Made by a program: the position numbers and the translations under genes. The notes below the pieces were generated by a model. It did not search any database. It had not been told where the DNA came from and saw only the letters and a list, made by a program, of their open reading frames with translations. From Promethearchaeota archaeon (GTDB lineage: Archaea > Asgardarchaeota > Lokiarchaeia > Sigyniarchaeales > SOKP01), in NCBI GenBank assembly GCA_019058245.1, contig JAHPZJ010000013.1, forward strand, positions 233,166 through 297,165: 64,000 bases of DNA. Reading direction: 5' to 3'. Positions 19,892 to 30,891 of the stretch are shown one piece after another (the stretch's first letter is position 1; each line of letters begins with the position of its first letter).

Positions 19892-20863
19892 TTGAAGAAA
19901 AAGTTAAGCTCGGATTCAGAAATTTTAAAATGTTCTCATCAAAATGTCAAAAAAGATAGTGGATTTTACGTTTGCCAAGATTGTGGTTTAATTATGGAAA
20001 ATAAATTGGCATTTGAGGATTCCGCACCATCTAGTGGATTCTTTACGGACTCACAAAGAGAATATGAACGAAGTATCCGAGTTGGTGATTCCAAAGCACT
20101 CCAAGATCCAATAATAAAAGAAAAATATAGTCGAATTAAAACACTCGAAAAATGGTTTAGAGATTACGAATCTGATTTTACTGAGCAGAAGAAATCGATC
20201 GAGTTACTAAAAAGCCATAGTATTGGATTAAATATCGATCATACAAGATATAAAGGAATTAAAGATAGATATTTAAAATACAACAAATATCATCGCCATA
20301 ATTATCAAAATATGGTAATAATTTTCCTTGCGATTGTTTGGATGGATATAAAAGATACTACAACTATTAGAATCGAAGAATTTATTAAAGTATCAAGAGA
20401 ATTAGGACACAAGATAAATAAAAAAATGCTAAATAATGCAATGTTAAAAGTGAAAAGAACTGAAAATATGCTTAAAAGTAAAAAATCTAATCTAGATTTA
20501 GAGAAAGAAATCAAAAATAGAATAAAAATTGTATTTCAGAAAGATTTAAACAATATTCCATACCAAAAAATACAGGAACATATTACAGATAAACATGAGT
20601 TTGAAAAAATCAAAATGGAAATGTTATTATTAGTTGATAAAATACTTAATAAAATTAACTATAAACAGATTCAAAATCTTAATTATAAAGCATTTACAGC
20701 TGGTTTGATTTATTATATCGGACAAACACTTGATAATAAAAAAATATTTACTCAAAGTATAATTGAGAAAACAACGAAATTTTCAAGTACGACTATTAGA
20801 AAGAAATATCATGTGTTAAAAGATCTAATGGGAGATCCTCAAACGCTTAAAGCCCGAATTTAA
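19892..20863 (+). CDS. Divergent TFB-like (Zn ribbon + cyclin-fold) protein
   Basis: CSH...VCQDCG Zn ribbon; C-terminal AGLIYYIG...TQSIIEKTTKFSSTTIRKKY resembles the TFB HTH. Confidence 0.7.
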   Translation: MKKKLSSDSEILKCSHQNVKKDSGFYVCQDCGLIMENKLAFEDSAPSSGFFTDSQREYERSIRVGDSKALQDPIIKEKYSRIKTLEKWFRDYESDFTEQKKSIELLKSHSIGLNIDHTRYKGIKDRYLKYNKYHRHNYQNMVIIFLAIVWMDIKDTTTIRIEEFIKVSRELGHKINKKMLNNAMLKVKRTENMLKSKKSNLDLEKEIKNRIKIVFQKDLNNIPYQKIQEHITDKHEFEKIKMEMLLLVDKILNKINYKQIQNLNYKAFTAGLIYYIGQTLDNKKIFTQSIIEKTTKFSSTTIRKKYHVLKDLMGDPQTLKARI

Positions 20864-20950
20864 GATTTTTTTCTTGATTCTAATTCATTAATAAGCATTG
20901 AAATAATATTATATAATATTTAAATCAAAATCTTAGTTAAAATAATTAAG

Positions 20951-23830
20951 ATGTCATCCTTAGAAAAAAAATATGTTCCATATTATTATAATCAAACTAT
21001 TGAAGAGTTAATTAAAACTTTCAATACGGATATTAATAATGGAGTAAATTCTTCTGAATTAAGTGAGAGACATCTAAAATATGGATATAATGAAATATCG
21101 AGAATTAAAAAATCCATATGGAAAATTTATTTAGCACCGATTTTTAATTTTTTAATTGTAATTTTATTGGTTACGGGTATCATAATAGTTATTTTAGGCG
21201 CCATTGGAGACACTGTAATAACTTTTAGTGTTGTTGTAATCAATTCCGCTACTGCTATAATTCAGCAATTTAGAGCTCAAAAAGCTTTAGAATCTTTAAG
21301 AGAAATTTCGGGCTTAAAAGCAACAGTTTTACGGGATGCTAATCAATATGAAATTGATACAAGAGATTTAATTCCGGGGGATATAGTTATATTAGAACAA
21401 GGAGATAAAATACCTGCTGATGGGAGAATAATAAAAGAAATGAATTTAACTGTCGATGAAGCTCCATTAACAGGCGAAAGTGAACCTGTAGAAAAAAATA
21501 GTAAATCTATAGAGGAAATGGAACTTACAATTCAAAAACAATCAAATATGGTATTTATGGGTACCTATGTTCAAACTGGTCGAGCAAAAGAATTAGTAAC
21601 TGGAATTGGGATGAACACCGAAATTGGAAAAATTTCTCAAACCTTAAATGAAATGGGTAGTATTGAAGATATTCCTTTAACAAGAAAATTAAACAGATTA
21701 GGGTATATTTTAGGGACGATTGTTATTATTAATTTAATTGTTTTAATAATTTATAAACTTTCATGGCTACAGATTGAAGGAAACTTCATTCAAAGTCGAA
21801 TTATTGATGCTTTAGTAGATTCTATATTACGAGCGATGAATATTGTGCCTATTAATTTACCATTATTATCTACTTTAGTCCTAATCACTGGAGTTCTTAC
21901 AATGGCGCAACAAGGAGTTATAATCAAAAATCTATCAGCTATAGAGTCTCTTGGACGTGTATCTGTTATATGTTCAGATAAAACTGGAACAATAACAAAA
22001 AATGAGATGACTGTTGAAAAATTTTGGATAAACGAAAAAGAATATGAAGTTACTGGTTCTGGATATGATGCAGAAGGAGAAATTTTAAAAAATGGTAATC
22101 AAATTGAATTAGAAAAGAACGCTACATTTCAAATGTTTATTGATTCTATGGTTGTGAATAATAATGCAAGTCTAGTATTCGAAGATGTAAAAGTAAGATT
22201 AAGAGATTTAAAAGAAAAGGCAATAAGAAAAGCATTAGGATCACCTACAGAAGCCGCGTTATTAGTATTAGCTGAAAAAGTTGGTTATTTTACATATGAT
22301 CTCAAAAATAATTATGAAGTAACCGCTGAATTTTCTTTTAGTTCTGAATCCAAAAAGATGACGTCAATTTGTAAACTGATTTCAGAAGATTCAAATCTTT
22401 ATGCTTTTTCAAAAGGAGCACCTGAAAGAATTTTACAAATTTGCTCTCAAATTGAAATAAACGGTATTCTTAAATCTTTTGAAGACAATTATAAAATCCA
22501 AATTTCTAATAATATAGATGATCAAGCTAAAAAAGGATTTAGAACATTAGCAATAGCATATAAAAAATTAAATTCAAATATTAATGAAAAAAGAGAAGAA
22601 ATTGAGAAAGATTTAATCTTTTTAGGATTTGTCTCAATTATGGATCCCCCTCGAGAAGGAGTTAGAGATTCTATTGAAATTTGCAGAAAAGGTGGCATAA
22701 AAGTAATAATGATTACTGGTGATCATCCTGCTACAGCTCAAACAATAGCCTCCCAAATGGGCATCTTTTCTGAAAAGAATTTAGTAGCAACCGGAGAACA
22801 AATCAAAAATATGGATCTATTAGAGTTCAATAAAACCACGGTTTTCGCACGTGTAGAACCAACTGATAAAGAGGTTATAGTTGAAAATTACCAAAATCAA
22901 AATTATATTTGCGCTATGACTGGAGATGGTATAAATGACGCACCTGCATTGAAGCTTGCTAATGCGGGAATCTCTATGGGAATAACAGGAACGGATCTTG
23001 CTAAAGAAGCTTCGGATATGGTAATCACGGATGATAATTTCGTATCAATTAAACAAGGAGTTAAAATTGGAAGAGGAATTTTTGCAAAAATAAGAACCAT
23101 TATTTTCTTCTTTATTTGTACAAATATAATGGAAGGTATCATCTTTTTTGCTTTTGAAATGCTCCAACCATTTACTGGATTTGAATTATTTTCCTCAAAT
23201 TGGCAACATATCTATATTTTTGGAATTTTACATTCCCTTCCCTCCTTAGCATTAGTTTTAGATATTCATCCAAAAGATATTATGAATGAACCTCCTAGAA
23301 ATGAAGAAGAATTATTAAATAAGAATTTATGGGTATTTTTACTAATTCAAGCTTTCCTTGGAGGTTTAGGATTAGTTTTAGCATTACTATTACCATTAAG
23401 TGGTTTAATTCCCTTGAATTCTTGGAATCTAAATGACTCCTTAAGTTATATTCCCACTGGAGCATCTGAAATATATATGCTACATATGAAAGCAAGAACT
23501 ATGTTTATAACAACAATTTATATCTTTGAATCATTCTTTATTTGGACGTTTAGACGTCCAAATAAATCATTATATAAGAGTATAAAGGAAGAATTAAGTT
23601 ATACGTTATTACTTATATGTCTTTTTACATTAGGCTTACACATTCTTTTTATATGCTTTTCTTATTTAGCTAATCATTACGTGAATAATGTATTTGGGTT
23701 AGGCTTGCAGATTAACTTCATTTTCCTCAGTGGAACAGATTGGATAATATGTTTTTTACTTACATTACCTGGTATATTAGGAATTGAACTATTTAAATAC
23801 TTAGCTAGAGAGAAGCAAATTTATTTTTAA
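20951..23830 (+). CDS. P-type ATPase, P2-like, atypical transport site
   Basis: TGES, DKTGT, KGAPE, DPPR, TGD, GDGINDAP; M4 PINLP instead of PEGLP. Confidence 0.93.
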   Translation: MSSLEKKYVPYYYNQTIEELIKTFNTDINNGVNSSELSERHLKYGYNEISRIKKSIWKIYLAPIFNFLIVILLVTGIIIVILGAIGDTVITFSVVVINSATAIIQQFRAQKALESLREISGLKATVLRDANQYEIDTRDLIPGDIVILEQGDKIPADGRIIKEMNLTVDEAPLTGESEPVEKNSKSIEEMELTIQKQSNMVFMGTYVQTGRAKELVTGIGMNTEIGKISQTLNEMGSIEDIPLTRKLNRLGYILGTIVIINLIVLIIYKLSWLQIEGNFIQSRIIDALVDSILRAMNIVPINLPLLSTLVLITGVLTMAQQGVIIKNLSAIESLGRVSVICSDKTGTITKNEMTVEKFWINEKEYEVTGSGYDAEGEILKNGNQIELEKNATFQMFIDSMVVNNNASLVFEDVKVRLRDLKEKAIRKALGSPTEAALLVLAEKVGYFTYDLKNNYEVTAEFSFSSESKKMTSICKLISEDSNLYAFSKGAPERILQICSQIEINGILKSFEDNYKIQISNNIDDQAKKGFRTLAIAYKKLNSNINEKREEIEKDLIFLGFVSIMDPPREGVRDSIEICRKGGIKVIMITGDHPATAQTIASQMGIFSEKNLVATGEQIKNMDLLEFNKTTVFARVEPTDKEVIVENYQNQNYICAMTGDGINDAPALKLANAGISMGITGTDLAKEASDMVITDDNFVSIKQGVKIGRGIFAKIRTIIFFFICTNIMEGIIFFAFEMLQPFTGFELFSSNWQHIYIFGILHSLPSLALVLDIHPKDIMNEPPRNEEELLNKNLWVFLLIQAFLGGLGLVLALLLPLSGLIPLNSWNLNDSLSYIPTGASEIYMLHMKARTMFITTIYIFESFFIWTFRRPNKSLYKSIKEELSYTLLLICLFTLGLHILFICFSYLANHYVNNVFGLGLQINFIFLSGTDWIICFLLTLPGILGIELFKYLAREKQIYF

Positions 23831-23970
23831 TGAGAAATTATCTTATTTTACCTTTTAATAATCTTATGATATCTTTAAATTAAATGGTTATTATAGGTTA
23901 TTTATTAAATTAAATAGATAGAAGATTTCAATAATCATTAATTATTCTCAATAATTCTGGAAGATTTATT

Positions 23971-26853
23971 ATGGAAATTACAGATGAAAATTACTACAAT
24001 ATTGAATTAGATCAAATTTATCAAAAATTTCAAACCAATTCTGAAACAGGATTAACTCAACAAGAAGCTAATAAACGATTAGAAAAGTATGGATATAATG
24101 AGATTCCTAAAGTCTCTAAAGGATTTATTAAAATCTATTTAGCACCTTTATTTAACTGGCTTATAGTCATTTATTTAATTGGCGCACTGATCTTATTTTT
24201 AGCATGGGTGTTTGGAGGAGGAGGAAATGTTGCTTTTATTATAATTACTTTAGGAATTGTATTATTGAATTGCATAGTTGCTATAATTCAACAATATAGA
24301 GCCACAAAAAAACTTAAAGCTCTACGCGAATTAACAGCACCCACCTCAACAATTATTAGAGACGGACAAAAAAGAGAAGTTCCTACCAAAGAAATTGTAG
24401 TTGGTGATTTATTAGTTTTAGAGCAAGGTGATAAAATACCTGCTGACGCTAGAATTATTCAATCTTATAACATGGTTGTTAATGAGGCTTCATTAACTGG
24501 AGAATCTGAGCCTGTAAGAAAAGTTGAAGTAGGAAAAGCACTCCAGAAAAAAGATATTTCTATAGGAGAACGTAACAATATGGTTTTTTATGGAACTTAT
24601 ATTTCAACTGGGAATGGTAAATCAATTGTGGTTAAAACTGGTGGAGATACAGAAATCGGAAAAATATCTCATGGATTAGAAGAAGCTGGAACAAGTGAGA
24701 TACCAATTAGAGAGAAGATGAACAATTTTGGAAAATGGTTAGGATTAATTATATTTATTTTTTGGTTTATCACTTTAATAATACTCTGGTTAGCAACTGG
24801 AGAAGCAAATATTGTAAAGAGTATGAATTCTGCGCTCGATCTTATGCCATTAAACATACCACTGCTTACAACTATCGTTTTAATAACAGGAGTCTTAGCT
24901 ATGGCACATTATGGAGTAATTATTAGAAATCTTGCATCTGTAGATAGTTTAGGACGTGTAAGCGTAGTCTGTTCAGATAAAACAGGAACTTTAACTAAAA
25001 ATCAAATGTCAATTCAACATGTCTGGACAAATGGTTCAATTTTTAGAATTACTGGTAGTGGTTATACTCCTGATGGAGAAATCATTTTAATGAATGACCC
25101 AAAAAATCCAATTTATGTAAAACACATTGATGAATTTCCTTATTTAAAGTTATTGTTAACAGCAGGATTTTTAAATAACAATTCTGCATTAATTAAAAAT
25201 GAATTAGAGATTTCTGGGAAAACTATCCCTAATTGGAATGTGGTTGGTTCTCCTACAGAAGGAGCATTAATGGTATTATATCAAAAAGGAATGGGAGATT
25301 ATCTTCTTGATGATTATGAATCTATAACTGAATATCCTTTTGATTCTTCATTAAAAAGAATGACAAAGCTTTATAAACGAGATCACGCTTATTATTCTTT
25401 TACAAAAGGTGCGAGTGAAATACTAATTCCTCAATGTACAAAAATCTTATACAATGATGCTGAAATTGGTTTCAGTGAAGAAATTAAAAGTAAAGTATTG
25501 GAAATTGTAAATCTTTATGCAAATCAAGGTTTTCGTATATTGAGTTTGTGTTATAAAGTGATGGATATAATTCCACCTGAAGGAGAGAAAGGAAGAGAAA
25601 TAAGCGAATCTGATATGATATATATTGGTTTTGTTACTATCCAAGATCCACCGCGAGAAGGTGTTAAGGAATCTGTAATAGAATGTCATGAAGCTGGAGT
25701 TGATGTTATTATGATCACAGGGGATTCTCCTGCTACAGCAAGAGCGATTGCCACACAAATTGGGATTGTATCTAGTGAAAATGATACTGTTATTGAAGGG
25801 ATAAAAATAAAAGAAATCGAGTCATATAAACAATTCAATCCAATTAAAGTGTTTGCGAGAGTCTCTCCAGAACATAAAGAAGATATTGTAGAAAAATATC
25901 AGGAACAAAATAAAGTAGTAGCAATGACAGGTGATGGTGTTAATGATGCTTTAGCTTTAAATATGGCAGATGTAGGAATCGCAATGGGCATCACGGGTAC
26001 AGATGTAGCTAAAGAAGCTTCTGATATGGTTATTTCAGATGATTCGTTTAACTCAATCGTAACTGGTATCCATCATGGCAGAGGGATTTTTGCCAGAATT
26101 CGAGCTTTGGTTTTCTTTTACATAGTTATTAATATTTTTGAAGGGATAGTTCAATTTATTTTAGCGGTAATTTTTTCCCTACCCTTTTGGGTTGATCCAG
26201 CATCACCATTTTATTATCAATGGATTTTTCTCACGATAACTCTTCATACATTTCCAGGTTTGATTCTTACCTTTGATACAACTTCAGATGATGTTATGAA
26301 AGAAAAACCACGTGATTCAGAAGAAATACTTTCAAAAAATATTTTTATTCTGTTATTTATATTTGGAATGTTGATGGCTATAAGCATGGTAATAGTATAT
26401 TACATTACATTCAGCGGAATTTATGAGGTTGTTAATGCTAACATAGATTTTGGTTCATTTAATGATGCATATCTTTATGGAGGATCGGATCTTGTAGCAG
26501 ATCTTCCGCTATTGAGACAAGCAAAAACCTTAACAATGCTTATGTTAACCTTATTTTTCTGTGAATCCTTTTTAGTATTCCAAATTAGGCGTCCTAATAA
26601 ATCATTAATAAAAAGCTTAATTGAAGATCGAAATAAATTTATGTTTATTCTAATTGGCTTTTTATTTTTTGTATTTATCGCCTTATTATACATCCCTGGT
26701 GTTCAAGTTTTTTTAGCTGATTCCGGAATTAATTTTATGTTTATGTATCTAACGGGATTAGACTGGTTGGTATGTTTCCTAATCTCGCTAATTTGCATAG
26801 CCTCATTTGAAATTGTGAAATTTATCGCTCGTAGAAAGAATATCACTTTTTAA
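23971..26853 (+). CDS. P-type ATPase, P2-like, atypical transport site (paralog)
   Basis: TGES, DKTGT, KGASE, DPPR, TGD, GDGVNDA; M4 PLNIP. Confidence 0.93.
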   Translation: MEITDENYYNIELDQIYQKFQTNSETGLTQQEANKRLEKYGYNEIPKVSKGFIKIYLAPLFNWLIVIYLIGALILFLAWVFGGGGNVAFIIITLGIVLLNCIVAIIQQYRATKKLKALRELTAPTSTIIRDGQKREVPTKEIVVGDLLVLEQGDKIPADARIIQSYNMVVNEASLTGESEPVRKVEVGKALQKKDISIGERNNMVFYGTYISTGNGKSIVVKTGGDTEIGKISHGLEEAGTSEIPIREKMNNFGKWLGLIIFIFWFITLIILWLATGEANIVKSMNSALDLMPLNIPLLTTIVLITGVLAMAHYGVIIRNLASVDSLGRVSVVCSDKTGTLTKNQMSIQHVWTNGSIFRITGSGYTPDGEIILMNDPKNPIYVKHIDEFPYLKLLLTAGFLNNNSALIKNELEISGKTIPNWNVVGSPTEGALMVLYQKGMGDYLLDDYESITEYPFDSSLKRMTKLYKRDHAYYSFTKGASEILIPQCTKILYNDAEIGFSEEIKSKVLEIVNLYANQGFRILSLCYKVMDIIPPEGEKGREISESDMIYIGFVTIQDPPREGVKESVIECHEAGVDVIMITGDSPATARAIATQIGIVSSENDTVIEGIKIKEIESYKQFNPIKVFARVSPEHKEDIVEKYQEQNKVVAMTGDGVNDALALNMADVGIAMGITGTDVAKEASDMVISDDSFNSIVTGIHHGRGIFARIRALVFFYIVINIFEGIVQFILAVIFSLPFWVDPASPFYYQWIFLTITLHTFPGLILTFDTTSDDVMKEKPRDSEEILSKNIFILLFIFGMLMAISMVIVYYITFSGIYEVVNANIDFGSFNDAYLYGGSDLVADLPLLRQAKTLTMLMLTLFFCESFLVFQIRRPNKSLIKSLIEDRNKFMFILIGFLFFVFIALLYIPGVQVFLADSGINFMFMYLTGLDWLVCFLISLICIASFEIVKFIARRKNITF

Positions 26854-26933
26854 GATTTTTATTCTTTCCCTTCTTATTTTTTGATTTACTTATTTTAGAT
26901 AATTTTTTATTACAAACTTGATTTTTTTTCTCT

Positions 26934-27482
26934 ATGCTAAGAGGTCCCAGAATTAAATTAGTCCCTATTAAAAGGGAATATATTGAGTCATTTCTCAAAT
27001 GGGTTAACGACCCAGAAATTACTCAATATCTAATAATGTATCGTCCAATAACTAGAATGGCTGAGGAAGATTGGATTGAAAGCCTTAGAGAAGATAATGA
27101 AAGTATACATTTTTCTATAGTAATATTCCATGAAAATAAACTTGAAAAATTGATTGGAAATTGTGGATTAAACAATATTAATTGGAAAGACAGAATTGCT
27201 GAAGCGGGAATTGTTATTGGAGAAAAAGAGTATCATAATAAAGGATATGGAACAGAAGCATTGAATATTTTGTTAGAATATGGGTTTAACACGGTAAATT
27301 TAAACCGTATTGAATTGCTTGTTTATGAGTATAATACTAGAGCTATAAAATCTTATAAAAAAGTTGGATTTGTTGAAGAAGGACGAAAAAGGCAATTTAT
27401 CTGGAATGATGGAAAATATTATGATGCTCTTATAATGAGTATATTAGCTAAAGAATGGGAAGAAAAGAATAAAAAAGATTAA
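26934..27482 (+). CDS. RimJ/RimL-family GNAT acetyltransferase
   Basis: LIGNCGL, YHNKGYGTEA, YNTRAIKSYKKVGFVEEG. Confidence 0.9.
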   Translation: MLRGPRIKLVPIKREYIESFLKWVNDPEITQYLIMYRPITRMAEEDWIESLREDNESIHFSIVIFHENKLEKLIGNCGLNNINWKDRIAEAGIVIGEKEYHNKGYGTEALNILLEYGFNTVNLNRIELLVYEYNTRAIKSYKKVGFVEEGRKRQFIWNDGKYYDALIMSILAKEWEEKNKKD

Positions 27483-28522
27483 TCTAATTCATTAAAGTAA
27501 GGTATTATCTTATCTCGAACTATTTCATAAACTTTATTAGGATCAGGTCCTCTATTCATAAAACTCATATTTGTAGCACCAGCTTGCTGATATTTTTCAA
27601 TACTAGAAATAACATCATCAGTAGTACCTATACAGTTTGTATCTTGTAATATTGTTTCGGGTAACTTATCTATATTATTCGCATAATCTAATAAATTTCC
27701 ACCAGTCATATCAACATCATGAACATTAGTAATTTCTGGTAGATTTAAGTTAGGATATGCTTCATTTGTAATATATGCATTTAATACATAAGAAGACTTA
27801 AAGAATTCACATCTTTTTAATGCATTATTAGGGTCATCATCGTCAATTGCTATAAAACAATCATAAACAAAATCGATATCAGATGGATTTCTATTACTCG
27901 CTTTCGCAATATCAGAGATTTCTTTTACATATTTTTTATAGAGCCATGGCGGCTGATAAAGTGGATACCAACCATCTGCTAATTCTCCAGTTATTTTGCG
28001 CGTTTTTGGACCATTACCCGCAACATAAATAGGGATTCTGTCTTGAATAGGTTTAATTTGAATATAAGCATTTTTAATTTCTCCCCAGAATTCACTATTT
28101 CTATTAACCCTTTTTTTTGTCCAGAAATCTCTCATTAAATTAATATATTCTCGTAATTTTGTAACTGATCTCTTTCTTTCTATACCATACATATCAATAT
28201 TCATTGCTTCCCCAGCTCCAAGTGCTATCATACCTCTTCCATTAGATATTTGATCTAACGTAGCTACTTTATGCGCCATTAATGCGGGATGAAAACGGTG
28301 ACAATCAGAAACTCCCGTACATAACATTATTTTTTTTGTTATCATCGCTAAAGATGATAAAAAACAATAAGCATCAAAACAAGTTCCTGGACCTGGAGGC
28401 AACATTGTTGTATGATCTGCATAAAAAACTCCAAAAAAGCCACATTCTTCTGCTTTTTTTGTACCATTGAACATATATTCAAGACGAGGTGTTGGTACAG
28501 GTATGTGAAAACTAAATCTCAT
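27479..28522 (-). CDS. Luciferase-like monooxygenase class (F420/flavin-dependent) oxidoreductase
   Basis: YADH, HPALMAHKVATLDQISNGR, IYVAGNGP, GELADGW. Confidence 0.88.
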   Translation of the reverse strand: MRFSFHIPVPTPRLEYMFNGTKKAEECGFFGVFYADHTTMLPPGPGTCFDAYCFLSSLAMITKKIMLCTGVSDCHRFHPALMAHKVATLDQISNGRGMIALGAGEAMNIDMYGIERKRSVTKLREYINLMRDFWTKKRVNRNSEFWGEIKNAYIQIKPIQDRIPIYVAGNGPKTRKITGELADGWYPLYQPPWLYKKYVKEISDIAKASNRNPSDIDFVYDCFIAIDDDDPNNALKRCEFFKSSYVLNAYITNEAYPNLNLPEITNVHDVDMTGGNLLDYANNIDKLPETILQDTNCIGTTDDVISSIEKYQQAGATNMSFMNRGPDPNKVYEIVRDKIIPYFNELD

Positions 28523-28685
28523 TTTTTATTCTCACTCTTTATTATTCTCAAATTTTCGATAATAAAAATTCAAAATCTATAATTTAAATCATTTATTTTA
28601 ATAACTATAAAAATTTTAGACTTTAATAAAAGTTTTAGAATTTGTTATAATAATAAAAAAAATATAAGAAAGTGATAATAAAGAT

Positions 28686-29801
28686 ATGGACATTAAAATT
28701 GGGACGGAGGGAACATTTATTCCTCCCTTTGATCGAGGTATTGAAAGTGTAAAGAGAATCGAAGAAATTGGATATGATTCAATTTGGTTTGCGGATCATT
28801 TAATGGGATGGATCCCAGAATCGATTTGGACTCCAGACCTTATAGAATGGTCAAAACATCAAAAAAGTCCCCATGATTTTTTTGATGTTTATCCTGCAAT
28901 GTCAGTGGCAGCATGGAGCACTAAAAAAGTTCAATTAGGTACAAGTGTTACAGAAACTTTTAGGAGACATCCAGCTGTACTAGCTCAGACGTTTCTAACC
29001 TTAGATCATATCTCAAAAGGAAGAGCAATTCTCGGTATTGGTACTGGTGAAGGAGAAAATATTATTCCTTATGGTATTAAATGGGAAAAACCTGTTAGTA
29101 GATTAGAAGAGGCAATAAAAATAATAAAGCTTCTTTGGGAAAATGATGAAAAAGTTAATTATGATGGAGATTTTTGGAAATTAAAAAATGCCGTCCTTTC
29201 GGTAAAACCTTATGAAGAAGGAAAATATCCACCTATATGGATAGCTGCTCATGGTCCTAAAATGTGTGAATTAACAGGAAGACTTGGAGATGGTTGGTTA
29301 CCATCCAACTTTGATGTTAAAACCTTTAAAAATAGACTCAATCTTATTCATTCTTCAGCAAAAAAAGCTGGACGTAATCCAGAAGAAATTACACCAGGGT
29401 TATGGACCACTTTAATTATTGATGAAGATCATGGTGTCTGTGATGATTTATTAGAATCCCCATATGTAAAAAATTATACTTTAATTCAATCGAATGCTAC
29501 ATTTGAAGAATTTGGTATGTCGCACCCATTCGGTAAAGATTTCTATGGTCTTCTCGATTACATCCCAACTAATTATGATCGAGAAACTATGCTTGAAGCT
29601 ATGAGTAAGATTCCAAAAGAACTATTAAATAAACACTTTTTACATGGCACTCCAGATGAGATTATATCAAAAATTGAAAAATATGCTAAAGCTGGATTAA
29701 AACATATAGTTCTTTATAATATAACTTACAACTGCGATCTTTCTAAAGTAAAAAGCTCTTTTGGATGCTTAAAAAAAGTTATAAATTATTTTAAAAAATA
29801 A
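28686..29801 (+). CDS. Luciferase-like monooxygenase class (F420/flavin-dependent) oxidoreductase
   Basis: WFADH, RHPAVLAQTFLTLDHISKGR, IWIAAHGP, GRLGDGW. Confidence 0.88.
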   Translation: MDIKIGTEGTFIPPFDRGIESVKRIEEIGYDSIWFADHLMGWIPESIWTPDLIEWSKHQKSPHDFFDVYPAMSVAAWSTKKVQLGTSVTETFRRHPAVLAQTFLTLDHISKGRAILGIGTGEGENIIPYGIKWEKPVSRLEEAIKIIKLLWENDEKVNYDGDFWKLKNAVLSVKPYEEGKYPPIWIAAHGPKMCELTGRLGDGWLPSNFDVKTFKNRLNLIHSSAKKAGRNPEEITPGLWTTLIIDEDHGVCDDLLESPYVKNYTLIQSNATFEEFGMSHPFGKDFYGLLDYIPTNYDRETMLEAMSKIPKELLNKHFLHGTPDEIISKIEKYAKAGLKHIVLYNITYNCDLSKVKSSFGCLKKVINYFKK

Positions 29802-30352
29802 TTAGTAAGAGTTTTTATATAATTTCTTTTTTTTATACTTCTTTATATCCTTAACAAAAGGAATATAAATTTTTTATTAATAAACTTTTAATATTTTCTA
29901 TCTCGGTTTATTATACTTATAATCATATTAAAAAAAGAAAATTTGTATGGGGACTTACGATAAATTAATTGCTTTCATAATATAGAGATCTAGTTTTTAT
30001 AAATTGATCTAAATGACACATTGACGCTATTATTTTCCTGTTTCTTTTTCTTATAATATCGAATCAAGCCAAAAATCTCTTGAGGCTCACCAACAGGTGG
30101 TAAAAGTATATGAATATAGACAACATAGCTATAGTTACTATCTTTCATAATAATTCCATAGTTCAAACTAGTCTGGGTGGTCTGAATATCAGTTGATTGT
30201 AGAATATATCATAAGGCTCTTTTTCCCGTAAACGCATTATTTTCAAAAGTGTTTCTGTTGTAAATTATTTCAGGTATTTCAAAACTATGAATACAGATTT
30301 AAATGTTTATATAACTTAATATAAATCACCAATTATAACATAAAAGAAATGG

Positions 30353-30829
30353 ATGAAAATTATGGGAAAAAAAGTTCAAAAAGATGCAATGCAATTAGGA
30401 TTAACTAATCTCCCAAAATATACTTTTTATGCACAACCTAAAAAAGTTAAAGCGAAAGCTTCAAAGGTAAAACCAGATATTGCATATTCAATAGAAAATT
30501 GGATGACTAATATTGATCCTTCTGTCAAAATGAGTGAAAATGGTGGCAGAACTAGTGGATATTATTATCTAGCACCTGGATCAAATATTTATATCGAAGT
30601 GATGAGTAAAATGTTTGCTAAATCACGATTTACTATGTACAACGCAGATAAACAAGTCACCAAATTCGATATCTATACTAATAATGAAGATTACGTAAGA
30701 ACAATTGCTAAAGATATTAATTCTATATGGGATGATGGAATGATACCTCATCTTAACTATGAAAAACTTCAAAAGAAGTTTAAAGTTGGAAAAGAAGATA
30801 TCAAGTCCTCTTGGAATACTTTTCTTTAA
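30353..30829 (+). CDS. Hypothetical protein
   Basis: 158 aa ORF with protein-like composition; no recognised motif. Confidence 0.7.
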   Translation: MKIMGKKVQKDAMQLGLTNLPKYTFYAQPKKVKAKASKVKPDIAYSIENWMTNIDPSVKMSENGGRTSGYYYLAPGSNIYIEVMSKMFAKSRFTMYNADKQVTKFDIYTNNEDYVRTIAKDINSIWDDGMIPHLNYEKLQKKFKVGKEDIKSSWNTFL

Positions 30830-30891
30830 ATTAATTCTTTTTTTTTATATTTTCTCTCTTGTTTTATTGTATTGATATTAAGATCTGAAGA

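Noticed and set aside
20951-26853. Annotating the ATPase pair as SERCA-type Ca2+ pumps or as true P4 flippases
   Set aside because: Key Ca2+ ligands are missing, and the A-domain motif is TGES rather than the P4 DGET, with no CDC50-like gene in the window; neither label is supported as is.
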